A stretch of DNA of 64,000 bases from Massalongia carnosa (Eukaryota): the NCBI GenBank assembly GCA_965645245.1, contig OZ287078.1, positions 248,001-312,000 of the forward strand, written 5' to 3'. Position 1 is the first letter of the stretch. Every line of letters begins with the position of its first letter. The position numbers and the translations under genes are program-made. The notes beneath the pieces were generated by a model. The model saw nothing but the letters and a program-made list of their open reading frames with translations. It ran no database searches and was not told the DNA's origin. Positions 1 through 11,700 of the stretch are shown here, piece by piece.

Positions 1-1056
1 TACGCTTGCCGTAGCATTGAAAAGACGGCGTAGAAAGGCTCTTCCTGGTTTTACCACTCTGGCTGCAAAGCATAAGAATCCTAGAAGAGAGTCGAGTTCC
101 TTCCTGGGTATGGCTTTTTTATTCAAAGCTGCCGATACTAGGGTCTTTGCTTTTAGTAACTTTTCGGAAGGCAAGCGTGCTTCCATGAGCGCGGTATCGA
201 TTTCAATGCCGAGGAAATCGCAAGTCGTTCCAGTTCTGTTCTTTTCGAGCTTGATTTTCATGCCAAGATCTTTACAAATGTTGTGGAAAACTTGATCAAA
301 CTTTTCAGCATCTGGTCCGGTGCTGACTATTATTAAAAAATCATCCAAGTAATGAATAGCGTCTTTCCAACCACAGTTGTACAATATCCAGTTGATACCC
401 TTCGCGAACAGATCAAAAAGGAACGGCGACGTTCTCAGCCCAAAGGGTAAGTATTTATCCATCCAAAAGGAATCCTGCCACTTGAAACCTAGTAACCACC
501 AATCGCTTTTTGCTACTGGTATGTGGCGAAAAGCGTCCGCAAAGTCTCTTTTAATAAGAATACACCCTGGCCCGCGTTGCTCAATCAACCTAATGGCTTC
601 GTCGAAGCTGGTATATTCCAGGGAGCCCCAGTCTTCCGGTATGTGGTCGTTGACTGAGCTACTCTCCGGATACGATAGATGATGGATTCGCCGCCAACCA
701 CCGTTAGCCTTTGGTACAAGGCCTAATGGGGAACATATAAAGCAAGAAGGAATGTTGTTGACTTTCTCCAACCGATTACTAGCTATTTGTTCTTCGAGGT
801 CATTGGTAAGAACTTCCGGTGCCTCATTTGCAGAGGCAAGATTATCGCTAATAATGAGTTGATGTGGTCCTGTATAACCAACTTTGGCACCGTAGGTGAT
901 GATATCGATAATTGTTTGTGTGTAAGTGCGATCCGGGTGATTGGCCAAATGTTTCTCCCAGCCTTCTTTCTTCAATGGGCCCGGTGGGATCTTTGTTAGA
1001 TTGTCCGTCAAGGTGTATGGAAAGGACTCCGCGATGGATAAGAATGGGGCGGTTAG
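1..1056 (-). CDS. Reverse transcriptase (DIRS/Ngaro type), 3'-truncated by the window edge; absent from the ORF track
   Basis: Manual translation is open from 1056 to base 1: LTAPFLS...FICSPLGLVPKANGGWRRIHHLSYP...KRDFADAFRHIPV...YLPLGLRTSPFLF...AIHYLDDFLI (YLDD at 340-351)...FLGIEIDT...GRAFLRRLF. Confidence 0.92.
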
Positions 1057-2211
1057 TCATTGCCTTGATGGGAGAGGCATCGAATTTGGGTTAGAGGGTT
1101 GATTTTTTCCATTTGTACAGTCCATCGCCCGATGTTGCTTTCCACATTTCTCACACACATGTTGGAATCTACAATATACGGGACAGTCTTTGCCATAGTT
1201 GTATTTCTTACAGATAATCTTTTCGCCTGAGGTTTTGAAAGCCGTAGAATTATCGTCCGGTTTTGCAAAGTAAGCGGACGGTTTCCGCACAAGATGCCTT
1301 TCCAAGGAATGGTCCATTTCTTTCCATCCATCCGGGTTGTCAATCCCGCGAAAGGCTCGAGATTTGTGGAAATTCAAATGAAAGATGCGAACCGAGTCCC
1401 AGGTGTAGAAGGCGTATAATGATAGAAGATGGTCCTGATAAGCCATGAAGGCTCTCATCAGGTTTATCTGGAGACCGGGGTGTGCAAAGTGTAGTAGTAT
1501 CATCCAATATACCCCGAGACATCGTATCAAATGAACTATCCCTTTGATATCTTTTAAGGAGCCATCTTCTTCTCTCGTGGCGATTTCCAGACCTTCTCCG
1601 AGTTTGACGTATCTAGAGTTGGTTTGAACTCCGTCGATGTCGGTACATAGCTTGGTAATGTTGATTGGGTCAAACGTATTCTCGGAGATTTGCTTTATCC
1701 ATATGGGCTTGATAGTGGGATATTCGTTCATAAGAGAAACAAAACGAGGATCCATACCTTCTGTATACAATGAGTTTGGTCGATGCGGTGGAAATGATGT
1801 CGGAAATAATAGGGAAGGCTGTTGAGCTGAGGCTACTGGCCCAGGGACCACGTCTCGGGCACGTGCTTGTTGGGTTTCGATATCCCGCCTAAGACTTACT
1901 CTTTCTCTTTCCTCGGCTTCCCTGCGGGACATTTCGCGTTGTGCTCTAAGTTCAATAATGTCATCAGGGGTGCGAGAACGGGTTTCCGGTATAACAGGCC
2001 CTTGTGAGGAGGAATTAAACGCTGAAGATGGAAGAGGAGAAGGTTGAGGATGGCTTTGAAGGGTTGCCGTGCTGTCTTGTGAGTCGGGTACTTCGACGTC
2101 TGGGTTGGAGTTGGCTAGATTTGCCCTAGCTCTAGTTCTAGTACGGGCTAGAGTGCTGCCTTGTGTGCGGGAGGTAGGCTTGGTGATTCTGTTGGAGATG
2201 CGGGTGGCCAT
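1057..2211 (-). CDS. Gag-like protein of the Ngaro/DIRS element
   Basis: ORF 1057..2295 with first ATG at 2211 (MATRISNR). C-terminal CKKYNYGKDCPVYCRFQHVCEKCGKQHRAMDC finger, typical of Ngaro/DIRS ORF1. Confidence 0.8.
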   Translation of the reverse strand: MATRISNRITKPTSRTQGSTLARTRTRARANLANSNPDVEVPDSQDSTATLQSHPQPSPLPSSAFNSSSQGPVIPETRSRTPDDIIELRAQREMSRREAEERERVSLRRDIETQQARARDVVPGPVASAQQPSLLFPTSFPPHRPNSLYTEGMDPRFVSLMNEYPTIKPIWIKQISENTFDPINITKLCTDIDGVQTNSRYVKLGEGLEIATREEDGSLKDIKGIVHLIRCLGVYWMILLHFAHPGLQINLMRAFMAYQDHLLSLYAFYTWDSVRIFHLNFHKSRAFRGIDNPDGWKEMDHSLERHLVRKPSAYFAKPDDNSTAFKTSGEKIICKKYNYGKDCPVYCRFQHVCEKCGKQHRAMDCTNGKNQPSNPNSMPLPSRQ

Positions 2212-2473
2212 TTTTGGAGGAGAGGGATTTGAATAGAGTAAATTTAAGTGTAGTGGTTGTATAAATTTGAATTGGGTGAAAAGAAAACGTTGCAAACAGT
2301 GCTATCAAAATGCTATGCTTTTTGATTGTCTTGAGATGTGAGATGATGAGGGATACCGTCTGGGACCTCCTCTTTATATATCTTCTTCCTATTCTCCTTG
2401 TCCTACTCTACCATCCCAGTATGCCCCATCAACGCGGCCCATAGCAAGGCATACACAAATCCGAAACCTAACT

Positions 2474-2582
2474 GTCGTCCGAAGGATCGATGCGGTGCTA
2501 AGATCTCTATGCCGTGCTGACACATCCTTATGGTGCTGAGACATCTATGCCGTCCGAGAGATCCATGCGGTGCCGAAATCAA
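2474..2582. repeat. Imperfect internal repeats in the probable terminal region of the Ngaro element
   Basis: Recurring GTCCGA..GATC.ATGCGGTGC and ATCTATGCCGT / CTCTATGCCGT units. Confidence 0.45.
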
Positions 2583-3038
2583 AGCGGGAGCTGTCTCGAT
2601 TAACGACGCACTAGCTCTCAGCATAGCCGAACTAGAAAGTGAAGAAAGTGACTCGGATATAGTCGATTGAGAGGGAAAATGATGAAACTGCTGCTCGAAC
2701 CACTGACGAAGTTGCTTATGGGGAGGTCTACCATTTGATTCATCAAAATATTAATCACGAAGAGCTTTTCGCTCCGCATCGGTGATAGCGCGACGTCTTT
2801 TACGAAGTGGAGGAGGTGAAATGGAGGCCCTGAGGCCATTTACTGGCTGATATTGAGGTAGACGAGGACATTTTAATTGGATAAAAATAATTCTGGTTAT
2901 AACGATGCACACCAAAAAAATCCGAGAAGTGCTAACGATATCGGAACAAAGAAGTTATCGTTATTTGTCTAACAAAATAATCGATTCCACAAGGTCAAAT
3001 CGCTATAACCAGATTATCGTTATAACCAAGATCGTTAT

Positions 3039-5174
3039 CCCTTCGTCTGGCAATTTGGCAGCTATTTAGGTCAATTTTACACGCGCCGTCTCCGGGTAAT
3101 GACTACTAACTTTAATCTGGCCAATCAGATTTTCCCTTTTCAACGATAATGGGTACAACACCTCAATCACCCCTCATGATCTATGTAAAATTTCACAACA
3201 TGCCTACTTTTTGCAACATAGTCCACAGCTCTTACATTGCCATCTGGTCTGACTTGCACGTCGTCTTTTGGTGCAATTTTCATCAATTTCCGCAAGTGGT
3301 CGGCGTCGTTTGAGTCTTGGCACTTGCCTTTTGCAGGTCAAACAATAGTCCTTCTTATTCAAATGCTCCTATTTGCAAGTTGACTCGACGTCTTTATTAA
3401 CGTCTTGATTAGTAGTAACTATGACATCTGTCGGACGTTTCCGTAGGGCACCGGCTTGATTGGATAGTAGGGCATTTACTATTTCTTTTTGAAAGTCCAA
3501 ATGGCTGAGTGTTGAATTCGGATAGAGAATTCTCCACAATTTGAAGGCATTTAGAACGGCTGCATCCAGAAGAAAGATGAAAATTGACCACCAGTAGCGA
3601 CGATCAGATCTTTGAGGTGAATAATATGCTCTTTGCTGAGCATTCCCATCTGACCCGCCCATGTGCTGGTTATATTCCACGATGGGCATGGGAAATGGAA
3701 GCTTTTCTTCTTCATCATCAACGATGACTCTGGAATTTGCAGGAATTCCATGACGTCGACGGGAATTCTTGTAGAAAGAAGTCTTCAAATCCTCAATTGT
3801 ATGAACCGTGGTCATGAATTGCACGGTGTTTAAATCCACCCATGCCATACACAGAATGTCCCCGTGATCAATGTTTGATTTTTTACTTTTATTTGCAGGT
3901 ACCGTCATCAATGCCTTCTTTCCCCAGTCCTTATTCTTGGTGGCTGCAACCCTCAGACGTAGAAGATCAACAGGAAAACCGCATCCTGATTTAGCCGTCC
4001 CACAGGCACCAATTCCAATGGTTTTCAGAGCTTTGAATAGCTTCGTATTTGTGAAGAAATTTTCCAGAAAGATGACGTATTTCAAGCCTTCATTAGACGG
4101 TAAACTTCGAGCCAGTTGAATGACGACTAGGGAGGAAGGAGACAAATCCCATTTGGTTGTCGGAAATTTCAATTGTCCAGGCGTTTTTAACTCACTAATT
4201 TTGGACACCTGTCTTGCAATTAGTACGATGCAAAATTGAGGCCTTTTCTACTCACCTTGGAGGTAAATAAGAAGTCAAAAAGATAATTTTCCTGACATAA
4301 ACTATAGATTTTGAAGCCTACACCAGCCGCCTTGGTGGCTATTTGCATAGTATGGCAGCTCCTACCCCTGAATAAAATCAATTGCTCGTCAACTGACACA
4401 TGACTTCCAGGAATCCAGTATTTCTTTGATGCTTTTCGAAAGTCTATGGCCAATGGTTCCAGCTTTTTCCACCAAGCAGGGCCTCGAGTATCAATGATCT
4501 CATCTTCGTCGGGGTTGGATATCTTCAAAAATCGCTTGAGTTGCTCCCATCTTCGAAGACTCATGGCTTGAATCATCATGTCATATATGGCAAATTTAGG
4601 AGACGTGTTCCAATAGTCAGTAAGACGTGGCATCAGTGTATACCCCATATATAACAGAATTCCCAGAAAGCTCCTACTTCAGAAGAAGAAGTGTCATGCC
4701 ATTGACGTCTCTTGATGTCGTTTAGGGCATACTTCTTTTTCGCTTTAAGATTGGTGTTTTTAGCTATGATTTCAAGCATTTCAAAGCTAAAGAAGAGACA
4801 GAATAAACTGAAAGGAGTCTGATTTATCAAGCGCAACGTCTCGTCCGGCTGTGGTTTTCGAAATGGGATCGAAATTGGACAATAATTTGATGACGGAGGG
4901 GGCATGGAGTCAATTATGCTTTGTACGCTGGGTTTATTCTTTTTGGCCTGTTCTTTCAGAATTGAGGGGGGCAAAGCGTCTGATTGGTCAGGAACTTCTA
5001 TCTCAATGCCTCTCATGATTATTCTAAAGAAATTGTAGATGTTTTAATGATTTTCAACTGATGTTTACCTTCTTATTTACAAAAAAAGGGGAGAATGCTT
5101 TGAAGTTCGCGACTCAGCCCTACGGTATTTCACTAAGCCTATTTAAGGTGGCTGCCAAATTGCCAGACGAAGGG
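3039..5174 (-). mobile_element. piggyBac-superfamily DNA transposon 1 (defective)
   Basis: Perfect 24-bp TIR CCCTTCGTCTGGCAATTTGGCAGC at both ends, flanked by AT (3037-3038, 5175-5176); encodes a PGBD-type transposase. Confidence 0.92.
3190..5016 (-). pseudogene. piggyBac-type transposase pseudogene with one intron (4209-4255)
   Basis: Motifs VSVDEQLILFRGR, GFKIYSLC, YNQHMGGSD and a Cys-rich C-terminus. Frameshift near 4665, second catalytic Asp reads Glu (FLENFFT), premature TAG at 3369. Intron GTGAGT..CTAAT..CAG. Confidence 0.88.
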
Positions 5175-5241
5175 ATAGCCAGGGTGCACTGTAGTACACC
5201 TCGTATGGAGGCAGCTAAGCGAGGCCGACATACATAGACGT

Positions 5242-5977
5242 TGTCACGATTCTACCTTTCGCCTTTAGAAGCTAAACCTAAGAGTCACGAGATAACGTAG
5301 AAAACTCTTTCGCGATCTTACCGCATAAGGACTAGGAAACGCGTTGTTATATAGGGGCGAGTCCCTTTCGAGTCTTTCTATGACCCTTATCGGTGCCGTT
5401 ACCTTCGCTTGCGCTGGGGGGGCTTTTAATTGGATGAATTGATTTGAATGCTTGAATTTGATTGGGCATGGGAACGACACAGGTCAGCCCGGGCAGGCCT
5501 AGGCACGTGACTCGGGGTCGGTGCTGAGGTGAGAACCTCATCTTCTAGGCCCGAGGCGTCTGCTGACGCTCAACGATCCGATAGATGATGCCCGACGGCA
5601 GTGCCCGACGGCGATGATCTAGATGGAGGTGCCCGGCGGCGCTCCGGATCGATGCCCTGGTTGACCTGTACGCCCATCGCTCACTTAAGGTGGCTTCTAA
5701 CTAGCTATGAATCTCGGGTGGCCGAGGGTGGGGAAAAGCAGCAAGCACTGACAGCGAGGTAGGGGCACCGAGACAACGTGGGGTCGACGACGAGTCAGTG
5801 AGATGGATGAGGCCGAGTGAGAAGAAGTGGATGAGGAAAGAATTTTCAGAGGGTGATTCTTAATTTACTTTGACTCAGGGGCCTCACGTGACATAGAACC
5901 ATCTCATCTTTCCTCTTCAATTTTTATTGTCTTCGTTCATGGCGTCCCTATGACTAGCCTCTAGGTAGACCGTAACA
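5242..5977. repeat. Putative LTR-derived fragment
   Basis: TGTCACG...CGTAACA termini (alternative end CGTGACA near 5892), non-coding, internal TGCCCGACGGC repeats near 5588-5640; no matching TSD. Confidence 0.4.
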
Positions 5978-7292
5978 GAAATCGTTGAAATTTGTAAAAT
6001 ATATTTACGAATTACAGAATACGTCGTATCTGTAATGGGCTACTAGACCAGTAAGCTAATCACGAGCGACATGATCTCGAAAGGGGAAATGCTCAGCGTG
6101 AGAGGTGGAAGATAGCTACTACGTGCTGGTCTCCGAGAGTATACGTGATCCAAAGAACTAATGGATGTGGAAGTGCTTAGACCAAGAGATCTCGTCCGAG
6201 ACCCAAACGTAGGTTGTTCATAGAATAAAGACTAATTGCTAACGAATACTACAGGATTCGTTCTGGTATTTATCCTACTCACCCCAAGCCTATAGCCTTG
6301 GGAGCCTTGCAACCCACTTCTGACCTTATCGCCTTACATCCAACCATCCCTCAGGATCCATCTACGAACTCGACGTTCGCTGGATCATCTAGTCAGCCTC
6401 GAGCAGCCTTCTAGACCTTCCCTTGCAAGGTAGAACACTTCTACCTCCGGCTAGATCCCTCGCTAAATTGCTAGCCTGCCTCTAAACATAAAGTCTAGAC
6501 GCCGAGGCTATGTAGCTTCATTTCGCCGTCACCACTACCAACGTAGCGATGGAAGGTTACCTCCGACTGAATCTCTATCTACACTGCGGACCTGCCTCTA
6601 GACACAAGGTCTAGACCACAAGGTCATGTAGGTTCATTCAGCCGACATCACTACCAGCGTAGCAATAAAGGTTGAAGCTGAAGTTTACACCGGGGAGGCC
6701 GAGCTCAAGCTGCGTCCAGCTAGCCGTGCCTCCTGCTACAACTCTTGATCCATCAAGAGATCGAGTAGCTCCGAGTAGGCCAGTAGATTCCATATAACGT
6801 AATTCACCGCTATTCGGAACACCCTCTTATTCGGAACTAACAAATTTGATACCAACCTTCGTAATTTATTATCACCGCCGCATCTACAAAACTTCCAGCA
6901 CATGTACTCGGGAATTGATGAAAAGGTTCTAGAGAATATATGTAGCTAGCATAAGCTTGTAAAGCTACAATTTACGAGTGTTACGAATGACACGACCGCG
7001 CGAGCTAACCCGAACCTCTAAAACTTCCTCCTTCTCCCCCTTTCCTACTATTTCCACATCACCCTGTATCAACACAGTGATATTTTTCTTTCTTGATATA
7101 CATTTTCCTTTATTCAGAGCAGTTTTTTTTAAACCTTAGGTCACCCTCAACTGTCTCCTTAAAAATATGAGGTGTAATCTGAAGAAGATCGTGAAAAGCG
7201 TTTTGAAGGATAGAATCGTCTCGTTTCTGATTTTTAGATAAAGATCGAGATGTTACGAGATCAGGCCCGTATATCAGGTCGGGTCCAAGTCG

Positions 7293-7442
7293 TGTTGAAA
7301 TTATTGATAGTCGGCACACTAGTGGTTTAGTGCTCTCAAAAAGGCGCGTCATGTTTTCTTCCTCTTTCTCTAAACAACATGCAAACACATCCTCTTCTTC
7401 CAGACACACAACAAGTTACATCTTCTTCTATGAAATTCAACA
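7293..7442 (+). repeat. Copia-1 5' LTR (150 bp)
   Basis: Direct repeat of 12891-13041; differs by 3 substitutions and 1 indel by eye. Confidence 0.95.
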
Positions 7443-7514
7443 GTTATGAGCCCGGTTAGCAATATGCAATATCATTTCCGCTGATCTTTCCATTTTCGAC
7501 ATCGACATTAGAAC

Positions 7515-8789
7515 ATGACTTCCTCCACTGATACGGCGGCAAAAGCCGCAAAGGACTTGATCCTTTCTAACCCGAGTACTTATCATCAATGGTTTGCAAA
7601 TCTTAGAGGCGCAGTGCCTAATCACCTTTGGCCTTATTTTGACCCCGAGTATGATGCCATGTTCGTTGAACCAGTACCTCCGATCGAACCAGTCAACGAG
7701 CCGGTCAATAACCTCCCTCGAGTGGGTGCCGCTTCTGGAACTCGAGCCAGTGCTGTATCTGGCTCACGAGCAGCAACAGAAACGCCTGAGCAGCAAACGG
7801 CACGCGAAGCGCAGTACGAAAAGAGGATGGAAACCTATTTTAAGAGGCATACCATATACAGAGATAACCTAAGGCAATGGGAAAAGTACAACGAGTGCGA
7901 GGCCAAACTACGAGAGCGGATCCTCGGAACTGTAGCCCAACAGAAAGCTGCACCACTGGTACCACAAAATACTGTTCGAAAGTGGCTCATTGATCTCAAA
8001 GCCTCGACGGAGCCTCCAAAAGCCACAGTCAAACAGAGCATTCGCGTAGAATATCAGAGACTGATGAGTGTGGGATTTGTCGAATGGCCGACAGGTGGTC
8101 CTAACAGCTGGCTTGCTAATTGGGAAGACTTGGTCTATCGAGCTAAACAGTACGATGAACCACTTCTCAACTGGCTGACGGATGTCAGTATGGTGTGGCA
8201 ACAAGTTCCTGATCTTAACCTCTACTTCAAGACGGTGGAAATTGACATTCAGAAGGAAAACGTAGCGCAGTATACATACGCATCAATCAGTGCAACAATC
8301 CAACAATTCTGGGAGCGTAAGAAGCAAGGGTTGATACTTCGATACAACAAACCTCGGTCAACTCGATCAGTGTTCACGGCTCAAGAAGTCACCTTCAACG
8401 GTAAAGAGGCACCAGTCACAACGTCAAATACCACCTCGGATTTCCAAGATGTATCACCAATAACCTCCCCTAAACCGGCAAAGAAAAGGCAGAGACATGG
8501 GAAAAAGAAGCAGGATCAGGGACGTCATCACACAAGAGAAGATCATGAGGGTTCCAATCAGGAACGGAGCAAGTCTCCAAAACGGAAAAGTCAAAGACAA
8601 GCAAATTTTGATCCTTGCACAGCCTGCGGTGCTCTACATCGTTTTGAAGCCTGCTTCTTGGTATTAGGAGTAGATCGAAGTTGGATAACGGCTGAATCAA
8701 AGAAGACATTTGAGAAGAACATGGAGGAATCTAAGTTTAGAAAGAAAGTGGAGGATTACAGGAAAGCAGTGGCACCTTTCAAACAATAG
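7515..8789 (+). CDS. Copia-1 Gag
   Basis: 424-aa ORF just after the PBS, with a late CTACGALHRFEAC knuckle; ends in TAG in frame with pol. Confidence 0.85.
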   Translation: MTSSTDTAAKAAKDLILSNPSTYHQWFANLRGAVPNHLWPYFDPEYDAMFVEPVPPIEPVNEPVNNLPRVGAASGTRASAVSGSRAATETPEQQTAREAQYEKRMETYFKRHTIYRDNLRQWEKYNECEAKLRERILGTVAQQKAAPLVPQNTVRKWLIDLKASTEPPKATVKQSIRVEYQRLMSVGFVEWPTGGPNSWLANWEDLVYRAKQYDEPLLNWLTDVSMVWQQVPDLNLYFKTVEIDIQKENVAQYTYASISATIQQFWERKKQGLILRYNKPRSTRSVFTAQEVTFNGKEAPVTTSNTTSDFQDVSPITSPKPAKKRQRHGKKKQDQGRHHTREDHEGSNQERSKSPKRKSQRQANFDPCTACGALHRFEACFLVLGVDRSWITAESKKTFEKNMEESKFRKKVEDYRKAVAPFKQ

Positions 8790-11700
8790 GGACACGCGGA
8801 CGCAGGAGACATAAAAGAGTTCAAGGAGATATTAGGAAATGTATCTTCGCTGTTGGCTTTTAACATGAGTTATAGTCATACTCAAGAAGATTACTCACTC
8901 CTTGACTCAGCCGCCTCTGTCCACGTGTTTCACAATAAGGAAAGATTCTCAAGGTTTAAATGTGCAAAAAAGGGTCAAGGTCTTTTGTGTGGAGGTGGAT
9001 TCATGCCAATTGAAGGATGGGGAGAAGTGGCATTGCCTCTGAAGGCACGAAATCGAAGATCGGTGCTGACTTTGAAGAGCGTCGCGTATATCGCAAACTT
9101 TCCAGTGAACCTAGTGTCTCTTGCGTGCATGCAAGATCAAGGGCTCGATTGGACACATAGATCAGGGGAAATACGAAGCATAAAGACCACACGAGTCATT
9201 GGATACACAAAAAGACGAGAGAACAATTACGAGATTGAAGAAGTCAAGAATGAAATAGGAACAGCTTTCATAACCCTGACGCAATCTCAAACTCAGCGAA
9301 AAAACTCCCATCTCCATCGCGAATTTCACTCAGTAGCGTCTTCTGATATTTGGCATCGAAGAATGGGTCACATTGGTCCATTAGGAGTTTTCAAGCTAGG
9401 TAAAGAGTGCCTTGGAGTTCGACTTCGAGGTAAAAAGATGGCCCAGTGCACCCATTGCGCGATGGCAAAGATAACTCAACAGATATCACGAAGAACGCCA
9501 GCTAATCGGGCCTTGCGACCGTTCTACCGTGTTTTTATTGACTGGTTTGATCTAGAAGAAGGTTGGGATGGCTATCAAGGAGATGGAGCTATCGTTCGAC
9601 GAGTCATGGCTGTGGTGTGTGAGGTGACAAAAATGGCTATTACCTACTTCACAGAATCGGCAAAAGAAGAAGAGAATTTACCCCTGCTTCAAGACTTTGT
9701 GACGTGGCTCGCACTTCGGCACAATCTTGAGGTAAAAGTCATTCGGTCTGACAATGAGATGAATCGCTTAAAGACTAAGGCATGGTGCATCAATGTTGGA
9801 ATTACGTTTGAGCCTTGTGCACCAAACACTCATGCTCAAAATGGAGGGGCAGAAATGTTTGGAAGGCTTATCATGGAGAAGGCTCGAGCGATGAGACTAT
9901 CAGCTAATTTACCTCACAAGCTTTGGAGAGAGATTGTGGCTGCTGCAACGTATCTATATAACCGTACACCACGAGTCTCGCTAGATTGGAAAAGTCCATA
10001 CGAAGCCTTTTACACGTATGTGTGGGATAAGGAAGAAGTCTCAGGGCCCCAAAAACCCCAACTGCACCATCTAAGGGCGTACGGATGTAAGTGTTACGTA
10101 CTCATCAAACCAAAGGTGACCCACAGTATCGAAGCAAACGCCGCAAACTTGATGCAAAGGCACATATTGGTTTTCTAGTTGGCTATGAGTCTACAAACAT
10201 ATACAGGGTATGGATTCCGCACAAAAGAAAGGTGGTGTCAGTAAGAGATGTTATCGTCGATGAGGATGAAGTCTGGAATGGAAAAAGGATTCAATACTCC
10301 TCTGAAGACATTAAAGAGCTTGACGAAGCGATTGAGATTGTTGAAGTGCCTCAAGCGGAAGAAATGGAAGATCTTCAACTGGGAGAGGACCCTGAGATTT
10401 TGATGACGAGGATAATAACACCTCAGGCCGATCAAATAACCGAGAATCTGGAAGCTGAAAAACAAGTCGAAGAGGAAGACTTGGGATGGGCACAACAGCA
10501 GTATCCGACTCCTGATCCGTCAGTTTTGGAAACTTTTCTTGCAAACGCTATTAGAATCCCGGTTCAACCTGAAGGGGTGAACGCGGAACCGAAATATTTA
10601 GATTCAGGTTCTGTCTTAGTCTAACCTGAAGGGGTGGACTCATTATCAAAACATTTGAGTTCAGGTTTGCATGAGTCTGGTTCAACAAATTATATTGAAC
10701 CAGCAGTTCTTGACGAATTAGAGAGACAACAAAATCAAAGGTTTTTTGATTTCAGGCAATTCAGAGTGCCGTCCAAAGTACAAACGGCGTTTGCATCAGG
10801 AGTAAAGGTCTATAAGAGAAACCTTCCGCCAGTCCCGATCAACTATCGACAACTTCAAGGACATCCATTGGAGAAGCAATTCCGGGAGAATATGGAAGAG
10901 CATTTACGACAACACAAACACCAATTCAAATCATGGTCGGTGGTGAACAGCCAAGAGGCTACAGGACATCAAGTGCTTGGGTGTCAATGGGTATTTGTAT
11001 ACAAAACAGACAAGCATGGCAGTTCGCAAAAATGCAAAGCTAGGCTAGTAGTTTGCGGCAATCAACAGAGAAAGTGCGATCTTCCAACGAGGGCAACAAC
11101 TCTAGCAACAACTTCTCTCCGAGTGTTACTAGCCTTGATAGCCAAGTTTGACCTTGAAACAATACAGCTCGATGCAGTAAATGCATTTGTGCATGCGGAT
11201 CTGGACGAAACAGTGTTTATAAAGATGCCTCCAGGATACGGTGAGCAAGGAAAGGTGCTAAGGCTTAATAAAGCGCTGTATGGCTTGCGAAGATCTCCCT
11301 TGCTGTGTCAACAAAAACTCACCAATCAGATGAAAATTCTGGGTTTCACGGAGATTCCTCAAAAGCCATGCGTAGTTCAGAAAGATGGCATCATCTGCTT
11401 CTTCTTTGTTGACGATATTTTGTTTGCATTCAAAAGGGAGCGCAGCGAGCAAGTGAAAAAGACAATAGATTCATTGTCTCTAGTATTCACAGTCGAGGTA
11501 TTGGGAGAGATGAAGTGGTTTCTGGGACTGCATATTATTCGTCATCGGCCAAGTCGAGCTCTGTGGATCTCACAAAAGGCGTACATTGAGAAGATCTATA
11601 ACGAATTAGCGCCAACAAATTCAGTTCGACTTCCAACCACCCCAATGGAGACTACAGAATTGTTACCTACTTCAGAAGAGGATGAGGTAACTAATATCTC

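Larger units (their letters stand above)
1..2620 (-). mobile_element. Ngaro/DIRS-type (tyrosine-recombinase class) retrotransposon, 5' part; runs off the window start; 5' boundary approximate
   Basis: gag with a C-terminal Cys/His finger is followed by a DIRS/Ngaro-type RT (SPLGLVPK, GGWRRIHHLSYP, HYLDDF, FLGIEID). TATA-like TATATAAA on the minus strand near 2375. The recombinase ORF is not in the window. Confidence 0.85.
2621..5191. mobile_element. Right end of a Tc1/mariner (pogo-like) element remnant, interrupted by piggyBac-1
   Basis: Ends ...GGGTGCACTG followed by TA (5192-5193). Subterminal ATCGTTATAACC-type repeats near 3000-3038 continue as ATAGCC after the piggyBac, with an inverted copy near 2894. 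Left end not seen. Confidence 0.5.

Noticed and set aside
848..1060. AUGA stop-start overlap at the gag end as the route to RT
   Set aside because: That AUG opens a 70-aa ORF in a different frame with no RT motifs; RT is in the gag frame.
2890..3038. CRISPR-like short repeat array
   Set aside because: Eukaryotic context, irregular short spacing and no cas genes; these are transposon subterminal repeats.
5242..5977. Clean solo LTR insertion
   Set aside because: Flanks GACGT and GAAAT do not match, so it is kept only as a low-confidence fragment.
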